Source: Octopus sinensis (taxonomy: Eukaryota). Taken from it: a stretch of 64,000 nt of DNA. A program made the position numbers and the translations under genes. Below the pieces are notes generated by a model. The model did no database searches, was not told where the DNA came from, and saw nothing but the letters and a program-made list of their open reading frames with translations. Positions 1 through 13,100 of this stretch are shown one piece after another. Numbering within the stretch: position 1 is the first letter of the stretch; every line of letters starts with the position of its first letter. The DNA lies in NCBI RefSeq assembly GCF_006345805.1, contig NC_043021.1, forward strand, positions 3,410,001 to 3,474,000, in the 5' to 3' direction.

Positions 1-802
1 AAGGTCGACTTTGCTTTCATCCTTTCGGGGTCGATAAATTAAGTACCAGTTACGCACTGGGGTCGATGTAATCGACTTAATCCCTTTGTCTGTCCTTGTT
101 TGTCCCCTCTGTGTTTAACCCCTTGTGGGTGGTAAAGAAATATAGATACAAGACCCGAAATTTTGGGGGTGGAGGGGCAGTCGATTACATTGACGCCAGT
201 GCTCGAACTGGAGTCATTGTAATCGACATCGAAAGGATGAAAAGACATATCAACGTCAGCAAAATTTGAACCTCAGAACGTAAAGCCGAAAGAAATGCCG
301 CTGTGTATTTCGTCCGACTTGCTAACGATTTTTCCCACTTCGTCGACCGAGGAGGAGAAGCAATAAGGAAAAATACGTTGGACGCCATGACGAAAAATGA
401 TTAATTGAATGCCAAGGGAAATAACTCTGTTTTTCGTAATTACCGTCAAAATTTTTTATACACAAATTATTTAGAAAAATTAATAATTTTCGATTATTTA
501 AAAAATAACCAGTCAAGCAATAATAAAACAACAAATACATATTTGCCGAGCAATTAAAAATATTTTTTAGAAAATATATTTTGTCGCTCAATTATATTTA
601 TTTGTTTAATGACGAATGACTCGCCGAAGATTCATATCACTGCAGTCGACATAATGAGTCAATGCATGCTTCCGACTCGTGGTAGAGTGTTTATATATAT
701 TTTTCTTCTTTTTTTTTTTTTCTGTCTTGCTTCCTGACTCGCTTTTTAACCAATCACCATCGCGTTTATTTATATAATGAACTCTTGGGGTAGCACACAG
801 CG

Positions 803-971
803 ATGGAGCGAGTCGATTTGGCTATGAATCCGAGTCAAATTGAATATTTCATCGGGCTGTACCGCGATCAAGAGCACCTTTGGAATTCACGTCATCAGTG
901 TTATAATATGCGGTCGGCGAGGACTCTGGCTCTTCACGAAATCGCCAGTAAAATGGGCGATGGCTGGACAG
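803..971 (+). CDS. MADF-BESS gene 1, coding exon 1 (N-terminal half of MADF/Myb-SANT-like domain)
   Basis: MERVDLAMNPSQIEYFIGLYRDQEHLWNSRHQCY...ALHEIASKMGDGWT fits the MADF pattern (LI.LY....LW.....Y......A..EIA..M). It ends at a phase-1 donor G|GTAGGA at 972 and is paralogous to 33665-33842. Confidence 0.85.
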
Positions 972-1551
972 GTAGGATAATTTACGTTTTTTGCATTCGT
1001 GTTTGAACTGAAGATAAATATGTCCACTATAACATAACGTACGAGCGTGACTCCTTAAATATGTTTGGAAAGAGGGAACAAATTATAAGTTGATTTGCAT
1101 AAATTCAGATCCTACTGGCATTTGCCAGTAATCAATAATAGTTGTTTATGTGTGCACAAGTCTTCAAAGCGGAAGGTTTAGGCTTGATTGGTATTTAAAT
1201 TAATTAGCGGCCATCGGAGGGATGAAAAGCGAAGCTGACCACGGCTGAATTCGAACTCAAAGCGTAAAAAGTTTGACGTATAACTACACTTGTGTGCCTC
1301 CGCCCCATCGAATTTATTTACTCATAAGTTTCTGAAAATTTGATATTTTTCAATGAAATTTTTTTACATACACGTTTTAGATGGTGTAACTTACGACTCT
1401 GTCGGAATCTGATGTGGAATAAAAACAAAAAAAAAATAAAGAAAAGAAATTGGGAGGTGGGTATAAATGAACACTTTTTACTTTCAACTTCTGTAACTTT
1501 CTATATAATGTTTACAGGAAAATTTTGTATGAAAGGCAAGTACAATACTAA

Positions 1552-1593
<42 letters not shown>

Positions 1594-2434
1594 TTCTTTA
1601 CTACCCACAAGGGGACAAACAAGGACAGACAAAGAGATTAAGTCGATTACATCGACTCCAGTGCGTAACTGGTACTTAATATATCGACCCCGAAAGGATG
1701 AAAGGCAAAGTCGACCTCGGCGGAACTTGAACTCGGAACGTATATATATATACACTGCTCTACATTTTAGAGTGTGCTTCTACTTTCGGATTTGTTTATT
1801 ATAAACGAGATATATATATATATATATATAAAATCGCAGTCTTAATCTCTCTTTCCAACAAACTCAAAAGTAGCCCATCTATACGTGGTCTTTCAGTATG
1901 CTAGAAGTAGCAGTCAAATCCCTCTAGTTTTAGATAAGCGTGGTTTGATCGGAAATAGGAGCCAGTGGTGGTATTTTAAGCCCTAAAATATGAAAATAAA
2001 AAGGAACTGGAATGTTCACGCTGCTTCATTAGGAAGTTACCACAGTTGTTTGGTGTGTATTCTAAGGCCCTGCGGGGCTAATACAGTTTGGCACCTCTCC
2101 TTGAAAAATGCATTTTTTAAACAATTTTTTTTTGGGGGGGGGGATTTCCACGTTTTAGACGTCGGAGATTACGAATGTCTAAAAAAAAAAAAAAAAAAAA
2201 TTAGCCCCTCCCCAAACCGCGCCCAATTTAAATCTTTTATTTTGTTTACTTTAAAGAGATCGTGGCGAATTGACAAACTTTATGCAGATCGGAATTAAAT
2301 ATAAACAAAAAAGCATTAAAGTGAAAATAATCTGCGTCCCACTTTGCCTTAAATAATCGTAAATAATAATTAATGTTATAAAGTTTAATTAGGGGCTCAA
2401 GTTTCGCTCCTCCCCCAATTTTAAATTTTGAACT

Positions 2435-2865
2435 GGCAATCTTTCGTCTCTAGTAGACCTTTCCGTCGATTTCCGTAAAAAAATTTTTTTTTTTATATAT
2501 GGGCTTGCGGGAACTTTTGAAGTAATGAGAGCGAAAGAGACTAAGAGAAAGCGATTGTATGACGAGGAAAGTTCTTTTGAAGTTACCGTCCAGGGGAAGC
2601 ATTGATGTACATGTGTGTGTGTGTGTATGTTTGATGGGGTGTGGGAGACAGACAGTATGTTGTGTAAGTGAAGTGCTTCTGTTAGTGTGTGTGAAGAGAC
2701 AGAGAAAGTAATGTGTGAAAGAAAGTGATAACTGAAATTTTTTAGAGGGAGTGTATGTGTATATGTATGTATATTACTTCAAAAGTTCCCGCAAGCCCAT
2801 ATGTAAAAAAAAAAAAATTTTTTACGGAAATCGACGGAAAGGTCTACTAGAGACGAAAGATCGCC
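2435..2865. mobile_element. MITE with ~90-bp TIRs starting GGC and an 8-bp TSD
   Basis: GGCAATCTTTCGTCTCTAGTAGACC... / ...GGTCTACTAGAGACGAAAGATCGCC; TSD TTTGAACT at 2427-2434 and 2866-2873. Confidence 0.9.
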
Positions 2866-3115
2866 TTTGAACTTTTTCGTCCATTTATTTATTTATCTGT
2901 CTATTTATCCCTGTCCGTTTATCCATAAAATATATTTGTCAACAGAATGTGGCGGTCCTATAGAAGACGACGTTACTGTTGTTTTTAGCCCCAGGAAGAC
3001 AGTCATATCTGTCTATCTATCTATCTATCTTTACCCACATATCTATAAGCTTATTGAAATTAAAATTTTGAAAACGTGGTTTCTTGCATATTTGGAATCT
3101 CCGACATCTAAAACA

Positions 3116-3307
3116 TACTCTTTTACTTGTTTCAGTCATTTGACTGCGGCCATGCTGGAGCATCGCCTTTTTAATCGAGCAACTCGATCCCGGGACTTAT
3201 TCTTTGTAAGCCCAGTACTTATTCTATCGGTTCTCTTTTGCCGAACCGCTAAGTGACGGGGACATAAACACGCCAGCATCGGTTGTCAAGCAATGCTAGG
3301 GGGACAA

Positions 3308-3358
<51 letters not shown>

Positions 3359-3524
3359 TACGACGGGCTTCTTTCAGTTTTCCGTGTACCAAATCCACTC
3401 ACAAGGCATTGGTCGGCCCGGGGCTATAGCAGAAGGCACTTGCCCAAGATGCCACGCAGTGGGACTGAACCCGGCACCATGTGGTTGGTTAGCAAGCTAC
3501 TTACCACACAGCCATTCCTGCGCC
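3116..3524 (-). mobile_element. SINE family A, full copy
   Basis: tRNA-like head, CCTTGGGCAAG-type core, internal (CA)(TA) microsatellite and GAGTAAAA-type tail, on the - strand. Confidence 0.85.
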
Positions 3525-4800
3525 ATAGGGAAAAAAATTTCGGAAAAGTTCAAAATTTTAGGGGTGGGGGTAATTTTTTTCTTCTTTTTTTTTTTGCATA
3601 TTTGTAATCTTCGATATCTAAAACAGGGATCTGAAAAACATTTTTTCAAAAAAAATGCATTTTTCAAAGAGAGATGCGAAACTGCATTAGGCCTGGCCCT
3701 ACCACACAAAACTTTTTTTTTTCAAATTATGCCGCTATGACAAGAAAATTTTATTTCATCAAAAAGTATTCGTTTCACAAATTCCAGAAGAAAAGTTTGG
3801 AATAATCATCCAAAAAGTTTTTATTTTTCAAGCTTAGCTATGTTGTAAGAAACTCGCTTCTCAACCACATGGTTCCGGGTTCAGTTCCATTGCATGGCAC
3901 CTTGGATAAATGTTTTCTACTATAACCTCGGGCCGATCAGAGCCTTGTGAGCATATATATATATGTATATGTGTCTTTGTGTATATCCACCACCACTGCT
4001 TGATAACCTGTGTTAGTGTGTTTATGCCCCCGTCCAGTTAGCGATTCGGCAAAAGACACCAAAAGACTAAGTACCAGGCTTTAGAAAAAGTGATGGGATT
4101 GATTCGATCAACCCAAAATTCAAGCAGGGATCAAACTGTTTCACTCAACAGAAAAGGCAGTCCAAAACTAAGAGGGAAAATCGTCGATGGCTTGTTTCAT
4201 ATAATTTCTGCTGTTGTTTGTCAACAACAACTTCCTGCGGTCTCTGTTTAGTTTGTCACTGTTATTTATGATATATTTCATATCAGTCACGTTCGTATGA
4301 ATAAAAGATTGTGGAGTTAGGGTTAAATTTAGGGGTGAGGGGAAGGGTTTCTTTTTTCTTCAGAAATGTAAATAAACCCACGTGGGTTTATAAGTGACAG
4401 CTACACCGCCGGAAGTTCTTGTTGAACTTGTTGACAAACAACAGCAGAAATCGTATTCACCTCAATAGACGTCATTGATTGGTTGAAATTGCCGAAATGC
4501 AAGAAATTTAACAACAAATAGCTTACAAGCTACAGAATTTTCTCAAGAAAGCCAAGAGAAAAAGATGTTTTATGTAACGCATTCTACCAGTATACGAAGT
4601 TTAAAAGTGTTTAGTTACAAAGAAATTATTTTAAAAATCTGCCGGTCAAAGTGAAAAGATCAGTAAAATATTGATGATGATGCTATTGATGTTCATTGAT
4701 AGCTTTGAATTAGTAAAAATAAAGATTTTAGTTGTTTTTTTCTCAGTACAGATAAGCTGTCACAGGTTCTTATGAGTTTGAAATTTAGAAATAGTCTGTA

Positions 4801-5027
4801 CATGCCTCTCCAACGCAAAAAGGTATGGTTTGAGGGAGATTTGGCTGCTATTTCTACCAGGTTGGCTGACCATAAAGAACAAGAGGAGAAGGACCTTTTT
4901 AACACCATTTCTAAATTTTAAATACATTAAGAAGGTCCTTCCTCTTGCTTCTTTGTGGTTACTCAGCCTGCTAGAAATAGTAGCCAAATCTCCCTCAAAC
5001 CACACCCTTTTGTCTTGGAGAGGCATG
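4801..5027. repeat. Imperfect palindrome (~100-bp arms)
   Basis: CATGCCTCTCCAA...GAAGGACCTT / AAGGTCCTTC...TTGGAGAGGCATG. Confidence 0.75.
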
Positions 5028-5306
5028 TATGGACAGATAGTATAACAAAGTCCTCCAAACACTTAAAAACGGTGGTTATGGTTGGAATACATTTGATCAT
5101 GGATCTTTTCAACTACATGAGTATCATGCAGTCTACCCAACATGATTTTTCTTTTCTTTTTTTTTAAGTTCCAGGTCAACTGAGAGAAAAACAACTAAAA
5201 TGATACTCAAGAATTAACACTCTATAATTAAGTATTTCATTCAGAATATCTTATGAAATTATTATAATTTCCAATTTTCTTTTGTCTCCCACAATGTTGT
5301 TTTTAG

Positions 5307-5491
5307 CCCAGCTTGTAAAGATGAAATGGCACGACTTAAAATCAAACTATATGAGGGAGAAACGGAAAAGCAGGGAGAGCATCAGAAGTGAAACCAGTGA
5401 AAAGTTTACTCCCAGTTGGTGGTTGTTTGGTCTTATGGATAGCTTCCTGGGCCCTATCTATGAGGAAAAGAGGAACAGTATAATTAGCAAT
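5307..5491 (+). CDS. MADF-BESS gene 1, exon 2 (C-terminal half of MADF)
   Basis: Acceptor TTTTTAG|CC at 5305-5306 is phase 1 and joins exon 1 to give WTAQLVKMKWHDLKSNYMREKRK...PSWWLFGLMDSFL (MADF KW..L...Y and W.LF..M.FL motifs). Phase-0 donor AAT|GTAAGT at 5492. Confidence 0.85.
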
Positions 5492-5925
5492 GTAAGTACG
5501 ACCTAAATTTCTTCCATTCCGACTTTGCCTTTCATCCTTTCGGGGTCGATAAATAAAGTACCAGTTTCCCTCTGGGGGTCGATGTAATCGACTTAATCCC
5601 TTTGTCTGTCCTTGTTTGTCCCCCTCTATGTTTAGCCCCTTGCGGGCAGTAAAGAAATACATTCTGAGTGTTGTGAGTATGTTACCTGAATGAAGATTTG
5701 AGTATGATTAGCAATGTAAGTTCGACCTAAATTTCTTCCATTCCGACTTTGCCTTTCATCCCTTTCGGGGGTCGATAAATAAAGTACCAGTTTCCCACTG
5801 GGGTCGATGTAATCGACTTAATCCCTTTGTCTGTCGTTGTTTGTCCCCTCTGTGTTTAGCCCCTTGTGGGCAGTAAAGAAATACATTCTGGGTGTTGTGA
5901 GTATGTTACCCGAATGAAGATTTGC
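5483..5925 (+). repeat. 224-bp tandem duplication including the exon 2 donor of gene 1
   Basis: ATTAGCAATGTAAGT at 5483 and 5707, each followed by the same SINE-B fragment. Confidence 0.9.
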
Positions 5926-6242
5926 GCAGGTAAACTGGGTATTTAAGTATAGGGGTGCAGGTGTGGCTTTGTGGTAAGAAGGTTGCTTCCCAACCACATA
6001 GTTTTCGGTTCAGTTCCACTGCGTGGCACCTGGGGCAAGTGTCTTCTACTGTAGCTCCAGACTGACTAATGCTTTGTGAGTGGATTTGGTAAATGGAAAT
6101 TAAAAGAAGTCTATCATGTGTGTGTGGATACAAGCATGCACCCCCCCACACACACACACACGAGGGGCGGGGGCTGAAAAGTTCCTGGCTTTGGGTAAAA
6201 GAAAATGCAGGAGGATCAGTTAATTATGATCTTATTCAACAT

Positions 6243-6655
6243 AGGCGCAGGAGTGGCTGTGTGGTAAGTAGCTTGCTTACTAACCACATGGTCCTGGGTT
6301 CAGTCCCACTGCGTGGCACCTTGGGCAAGTGTCTTCTACTATAGCCTCAAGCGGACCAAAGCCTTGTGATGGATTTGGTAGACAGAAACTGAAAGAAGCC
6401 TGTCGTATATATGTATGTATGTGTGTGTATATATTTGTGTGTCTGTGTTTGTCCCCCTAGTATCGCTTGACAACCGATGCTGGTGTGTTCACGTCCCCGT
6501 AACTTGGCGTTTCGGCAAGAGAGACCGATAAAATAAGTACTAGGCTTACAAAGAATAAGTCCTGGGGTCGACTTGCTCGACTAAAGGCGGTGCTCCAGCA
6601 TGGCCACAGTCACATGACAGAAACAAATAGAGTAAAAAAGAGTAAAAGAAAGAGT
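6243..6655 (+). mobile_element. SINE family A, full copy
   Basis: AGGCGCAGGAGTGGCTGTGTGGTAAG...AGAGTAAAA; reverse complement of the - copies. Confidence 0.85.
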
Positions 6656-6964
6656 AGTCCCCCTCACAGATTCACACACTTATTGCAGTGGTCCTACAGT
6701 TTTTCTAAGCCCTGTAAAACAACTCAGAAGTTTGAGCCCCCAAAAAGGCCTTTTGTGATACCCTTAAAGCCAGGAACTTTTCAGTACCCTCTTGTGTATA
6801 TGTCTGTATTTGCATGTGTGTATGTGTTACTGTCTCCTTGCTTTGACATTGTGTGATAGTTGTAAATGAGTTTCCCCGTATTGTGAGCTTTGTCCTTAAT
6901 TTCCAATTTTCTGGTCATGGAGTGAACATTACCTTACTTGGAAACTGAAACCAGCCTTGCTCTT

Positions 6965-7188
6965 TTTACTCTTTACTCTTTTACTTGTTTCTGTCATTTG
7001 ACTGGAGCACTGCCTTTAGTCAAGCAAATCGACCCTGGGACTTATTCTTTGTAAGCCCAGTACTTATTCTATCGGTATCTTTTGCCGAACCGCTAAGTGA
7101 CGGGGGACGTAAACACACCGGCATCGGTTGTCAAGCAATGCTAGGGGGACAAACACAGACACACACACACACATATATATATATATAT
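6965..7188 (-). mobile_element. tRNA-derived SINE family A, 3' half (split by the array+LINE insertion)
   Basis: Matches the first half of intact copies (e.g. 35440-35830) up to the internal (CA)n(TA)n tract. Confidence 0.9.
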
Positions 7189-10100
7189 CCGACTCCCTAC
7201 GAAAATACGAAATACGAAATATGAATCCAAGCTAAGCAATCTATATTTAATTTCAACCCGTGTACCTACTTAACTATCTGCAACTGATCTGATCTTTTAG
7301 TTAGCCCTGTTTTATCTCTATTAGTATTATTGTTATGACTTGTGAAATTTAGCCTCACGCCTTGTGTCTTTTTTATATGTACATATAATTCTAATTCTAT
7401 AGTTCATCTTAATTATATATCGTTGTCTCATGTCTTGTGTTAAATATATTTAATCTTAAAGCTTGCCCCTAATTTTATTTTATTTTATCGATCAGTCTCA
7501 CGCCTCGTAGATATAGAATAAATGTATTTATAATTTATAGCTCCTTATCGTCCACGCTTCTCCCATAGGTTAGGCAAAATTTAGGTATTTATTTATAGCT
7601 ACTAATAACTATTTCTCTCCCAAGGAAGGAAGAAATGGCTGCCGGCCGATTCTTGGTGGGCCACGACCCTCCCCGTTCCTCTTCAATTGTCTTATATTTC
7701 TTTCGATCGCCATTCGCCCCCCCCCCTTTTCTCCGCCACCCTATATGCATATAAACCAGCGACTGATTTCAACGGCCTCACTTGAATTCAGACTGGTATC
7801 CGACTCCCTACGAAAATACGAAATACGAAATATGAATCCAAGCTAAGCAATCTATATTTAATTTCAACCCGTGTACCTACTTAACTATCTGCAACTGATC
7901 TGATCTTTTAGTTAGCCCTGTTTTATCTCTATTAGTATTATTGTTATGACTTGTGAAATTTAGCCTCACGCCTTGTGTCTTTTTTATATGTACATATAAT
8001 TCTAATTCTATAGTTCATCTTAATTATATATCGTTGTCTCATGTCTTGTGTTAAATATATATTTAATCTTAAAGCTTGCCCCTAATTTTATTTTATTTTA
8101 TCGATCAGTCTCACGCCTCGTAGATCTAGAATAAATGTATTTATAATTTATAGCTCCTTATCGTCCACGCTTCTCCCATAGGTTAGGCAAAATTTAGGTA
8201 TTATTTATAGCTACTAATAACTATTTCTCTCCCAAGGAAGGAAGAAATGGCTGCCGGCCGATTCTTGGTGGGCCACGACCCCCCCGTTCCTCTTCAATTG
8301 TCTTATATTTCTTTCGATCGCCATTCGCCCCCCCCCCTTTTCTCCGCCACCCTATATGCATATAAACCAGCGACTGATTTCAACGGCCTCACTTGAATTC
8401 AGACTGGTATCCGACTCCCTACGAAAATACGAAATACGAAATATGAATCCAAGCTAAGCAATCTATATTTAATTTCAACCCGTGTACCTACTTAACTATC
8501 TGCAACTGATCTGATCTTTTAGTTAGCCCTGTTTTATCTCTATTAGTATTATTGTTATGACTTGTGAAATTTAGCCTCACGCCTTGTGTCTTTTTTATAT
8601 GTACATATTCTAATTCTATAGTTCATCTTAATTATATATCGTTGTCTCATGTCTTGTGTTAAATATATATTTAATCTTAAAGCTTGCCCCTAATTTTATT
8701 TTATTTTATCGATCAGTCTCACGCCTCGTAGATCTAGAATAAATGTATTTATAATTTATAGCTCCTTATCGTCCACGCTTCTCCCATAGGTTAGGCAAAA
8801 TTTAGGTATTTATTTATAGCTACTAATAACTATTTCTCTCCCAAGAAGGAAGAAATGGCTGCCGGCCGATTCTTGGTGGGCCACGACCCCCCCGTTCCTC
8901 TTCAATTGTCTTATATTCTTTCGATCGCCATTCGCCCCCCCCCTTTTCTCCGCCACCCTATATGCATATAAACCAGCGACTGATTTCAACGGCCTCACTT
9001 GAATTCAGACTGGTATCCGACTCCCTACGAAAATACGAAATACGAAATATGAATCCAAGCTAAGCAATCTATATTTAATTTCAACACCGTGTACCTACTT
9101 AACTATCTGCAACTGATCTGATCTTTTAGTTAGCCCTGTTTTATCTCTATTAGTATTATTGTTATGACTTGTGAAATTTAGCCTCACGCCTTGTGTCTTT
9201 TTTATATGTACATATAATTCTAATAATTCTATAGTTCATCTTAATTATATATCGTTGTCTCATGTCTTGTGTTAAATATATATTTAATCTTAAAGCTTGC
9301 CCCTAATTTTATTTTATTTTATCGATCAGTCTCACGCCTCGTAGATATAGAATAAATGTATTTATAATTTATAGCTCCTTATCGTCCACGCTTCTCCCAT
9401 AGGTTAGGCAAAATTTAGGTATTTATTTATAGCTACTAATAACTATTTCTCTCCCAAGGAAGGAAGAATGGCTGCCGGCCGATTCTTGGTGGGCCACGAC
9501 CCCCCCGTTCCTCTTCAATTGTCTTATATCTCTTTCGATCGCCATTCGCCCCCCCCCCTTTCTCTCGCCACCCTATATGCATATAAACCAGCGACTGATT
9601 TCAACGGCCTCACTTGAATTCAGACTGGTATCCGACTCCCTACGAAAATACGAAATACGAAATATGAATCCAAGCTAAGCAATCTATATTTAATTTCAAC
9701 CCGTGTACCTACTTAACTATCTGCAACTGATCTGATCTTTTAGTTAGCCCTGTTTTATCTCTATTAGTATTATTGTTATGACTTGTGAAATTAGCCTCAC
9801 GCCTTGTGTCTTTTTTATATGTACATATAATTCTAATTCTATAGTTCATCTTAATTATATATCGTTGTCTCATGTCTTGTGTTAAATATATATTTAATCT
9901 TAAAGCTTGCCCCTAATTTTATTTTATTTTATCGATCAGTCTCACGCCTCGTAGATATAGAATAAATGTATTTATAATTTATAGCTCCTTATCGTCCACG
10001 CTTCTCCCATAGGTTAGGCAAAATTTAGGTATTTATTTAGCTACTAAAACTATTTCTCTCCCAAGGAAGGAAAAATGGCTGCCGGCCGATTCTTGGTGGG

Positions 10101-13100
10101 CCACGACCCCCCCGTTCCTCTTCAATTGTCTTATATTTCTTTCGATCGCCATTCGCCCCCCCCCTTTCTCTCCGCCACCCTATATGCATATAAACCAGCG
10201 ACTGATTTCAACGGCCTCACTTGAATTCAGACTGGTATCCGACTCCCTACGAAAATACGAAATACGAAATATGAATCCAAGCTAAGCAATCTATATTTAA
10301 TTTCAACCCGTGTACCTACTTAACTATCTGCAACTGATCTGATCTTTTAGTTAGCCCTGTTTTATCTCTATTAGTATTATTGTTATGACTTGTGAAATTT
10401 AGCCTCACGCCTTGTGTCTTTTTTATATGTACATATAATTCTAATTCTATAGTTCATCTTAATTATATATCGTTGTCTCATGTCTTGTGTTAAATATATA
10501 TTTAATCTTAAAGCTTGCCCCTAATTTTATTTTATTTTATCGATCAGTCTCACGCCTCGTAGATATAGAATAAATGTATTTATAATTTATAGCTCCTTAT
10601 CGTCCACGCTTCTCCCATAGGTTAGGCAAAATTTAGGTATTTATTTATAGCTACTAATAACTATTTCTCTCCCAAGGAAGGAAGAAATGGCTGCCGGCCG
10701 ATTCTTGGTGGGCCACGACCCCCCCGTTCCTCTTCAATTGTCTTATATCTCTTTCGATCGCCATTCGCCCCCCCTTTTCTCCTTTCTCGCCACCCTATAT
10801 GCATATAAACCAGCGACTGATTTCAACGGCCTCACTTGAATTCAGACTGGTATCCGACTCCCTACGAAATATACGAAATACGAAATATGAATCCAAGCTA
10901 AGCAATCTATATTTAATTTCAACCCGTGTACCTACTTAACTATCTGCAACTGATCTGATCTTTTAGTTAGCCCTGTTTTATCTCTATTAGTATTATTGTT
11001 ATGACTTGTGAAATTTAGCCTCACGCCTTGTGTCTTTTTTATATGTACATATATTCTAATTCTATAGTTCATCTTAATTATATATCGTTGTCTCATGTCT
11101 TGTGTTAAATATATATTTAATCTTAAAGCTTGCCCCTAATTTTATTTTATTTTATCGATCAGTCTCACGCCTCGTAGATATAGAATAAATGTATTTATAA
11201 TTTATAGCTCCTTATCGTCCACGCTTCTCCCATAGGTTAGGCAAAATTTAGGTATTTATTTATAGCTACTAATAACTATTTCTCTCCCAAGGAAGGAAGA
11301 AATGGCTGCCGGCCGATTCTTGGTGGCCACGACCCCCCCGTTCCTCTTCAATTGTCTTATATTTCTTTCGATCGCCATTCGCCCCCCCCCCTTTCTCCGC
11401 CACCCTATATGCATATAAACCAGCGACTGATTTCAACGGCCTCACTTGAATTCAGACTGGTATCCGACTCCCTACGAAAATACGAAATACGAAATATGAA
11501 TCCAAGCTAAGCAATCTATATTTAATTTCAACCCGTGTACCTACTTAACTATCTGCAACTGATCTGATCTTTTAGTTAGCCCTGTTTTATCTCTATTAGT
11601 ATTATTGTTATGACTTGTGAAATTTAGCCTCACGCCTTGTGTCTTTTTTTATGTACATATAATTCTAATTCTATAGTTCATCTTAATTATATATCGTTGT
11701 CTCATGTCTTGTGTTAATATATATTTAATCTTAAAGCTTGCCCCTAATTTTATTATTTTATCGATCAGTCTCACGCCTCGTAGATATAGAATAAATGTAT
11801 TTATAATTTATAGCTCCTTATCGTCCACGCTTCTCCCATAGGTTAGGCAAAATTTAGGTATTTATTTATAGCTACTAATAACTATTTCTCTCCCAAGGAA
11901 GGAAGAAATGGCTGCCGGCCGATTCTTGGTGGGCCACGACCCCCCCGTTCCTCTTCAATTGTCTTATATTTCTTTCGATCGCCATTCGCCCCCCCCCCCT
12001 TTCTCCGCCACCCTATATGCATATAAACCAGCGACTGATTTCAACGGCCTCACTTGAATTCAGACTGGTATCCGACTCCCTACGAAAATACGAAATACGA
12101 AATGAATCCAAGCTAAGCAATCTATATTTAATTTCAACCCGTGTACCTACTTAACTATCTGCAACTGATCTGATCTTTTAGTTAGCCCTGTTTTATCTCT
12201 ATTAGTATTATTGTTATGACTTGTGAAATTTAGCCTCACGCCTTGTGTCTTTTTTATATGTACATATAATTCTATTCTATAGTTCATCTTAATTATATAT
12301 CGTTGTCTCATGTCTTGTGTTAAATATATATTTAATCTTAAAGCTTGCCCCTAATTTTATTTTATTTTATCGATCAGTCTCACGCCTCGTAGATATAGAA
12401 TAAATGTATTTATAATTTATAGCTCCTTATCGTCCACGCTTCTCCCATAGGTTAGGCAAAATTTAGGTATTTATTTATAGCTACTAATAACTATTTCTCT
12501 CCCAAGGAAGGAAGAAATGGCTGCCGGCCGATTCTTGGTGGGCCACGACCCCCCCGTTCCTCTTCATTGTCTTCATTGTCTTATATTTCTTTCGATCGCC
12601 ATTCGCCCCCTCGCCCCTTTCTCCGCCACCCTATATGCATATAAACCAGCGACTGATTTCAACGGCCTCACTTGAATTCAGACTGGTATCCGACTCCCTA
12701 CGAAAATACGAAATACGAAATATGAATCCAAGCTAAGCAATCTATATTTAATTTCAACCCGTGTACCTACTTAACTATCTGCAACTGATCTGATCTTTTA
12801 GTTAGCCCTGTTTTATCTCTATTAGTATTATTGTTATGACTTGTGAAATTTAGCCTCACGCCTTGTGTCTTTTTTATATGTACATATAATTCTATTCTAT
12901 AGTTCATCTTAATTATATATCGTTGTCTCATGTCTTGTGTTAAATATATATTTAATCTTAAAGCTTGCCCCTAATTTTATTTTATTTTATCGATCAGTCT
13001 CACGCCTCGTAGATATAGAATAAATGTATTTATAATTTATAGCTCCTTATCGTCCACGCTTCTCCCATAGGTTAGGCAAAATTTAGGTATTTATTTATAG

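Noticed and set aside
745-780. CCAAT + TATATAA as the core promoter of MADF gene 1
   Set aside because: The TATA lies only 32 nt before the ATG, leaving almost no 5' UTR; the region could equally be an intron end (CACAG|CGATG). Not supportable.
7189-7800. Self-cleaving ribozyme (retrozyme-like) in the monomer
   Set aside because: No CUGANGA...GAAA core on either strand. The minus-strand GGCGAATGGCG resembles the HDV J4/2-P2 end, but I could not build P1/P3/L3. An Infernal or RNArobo search would be needed to exclude it fully.
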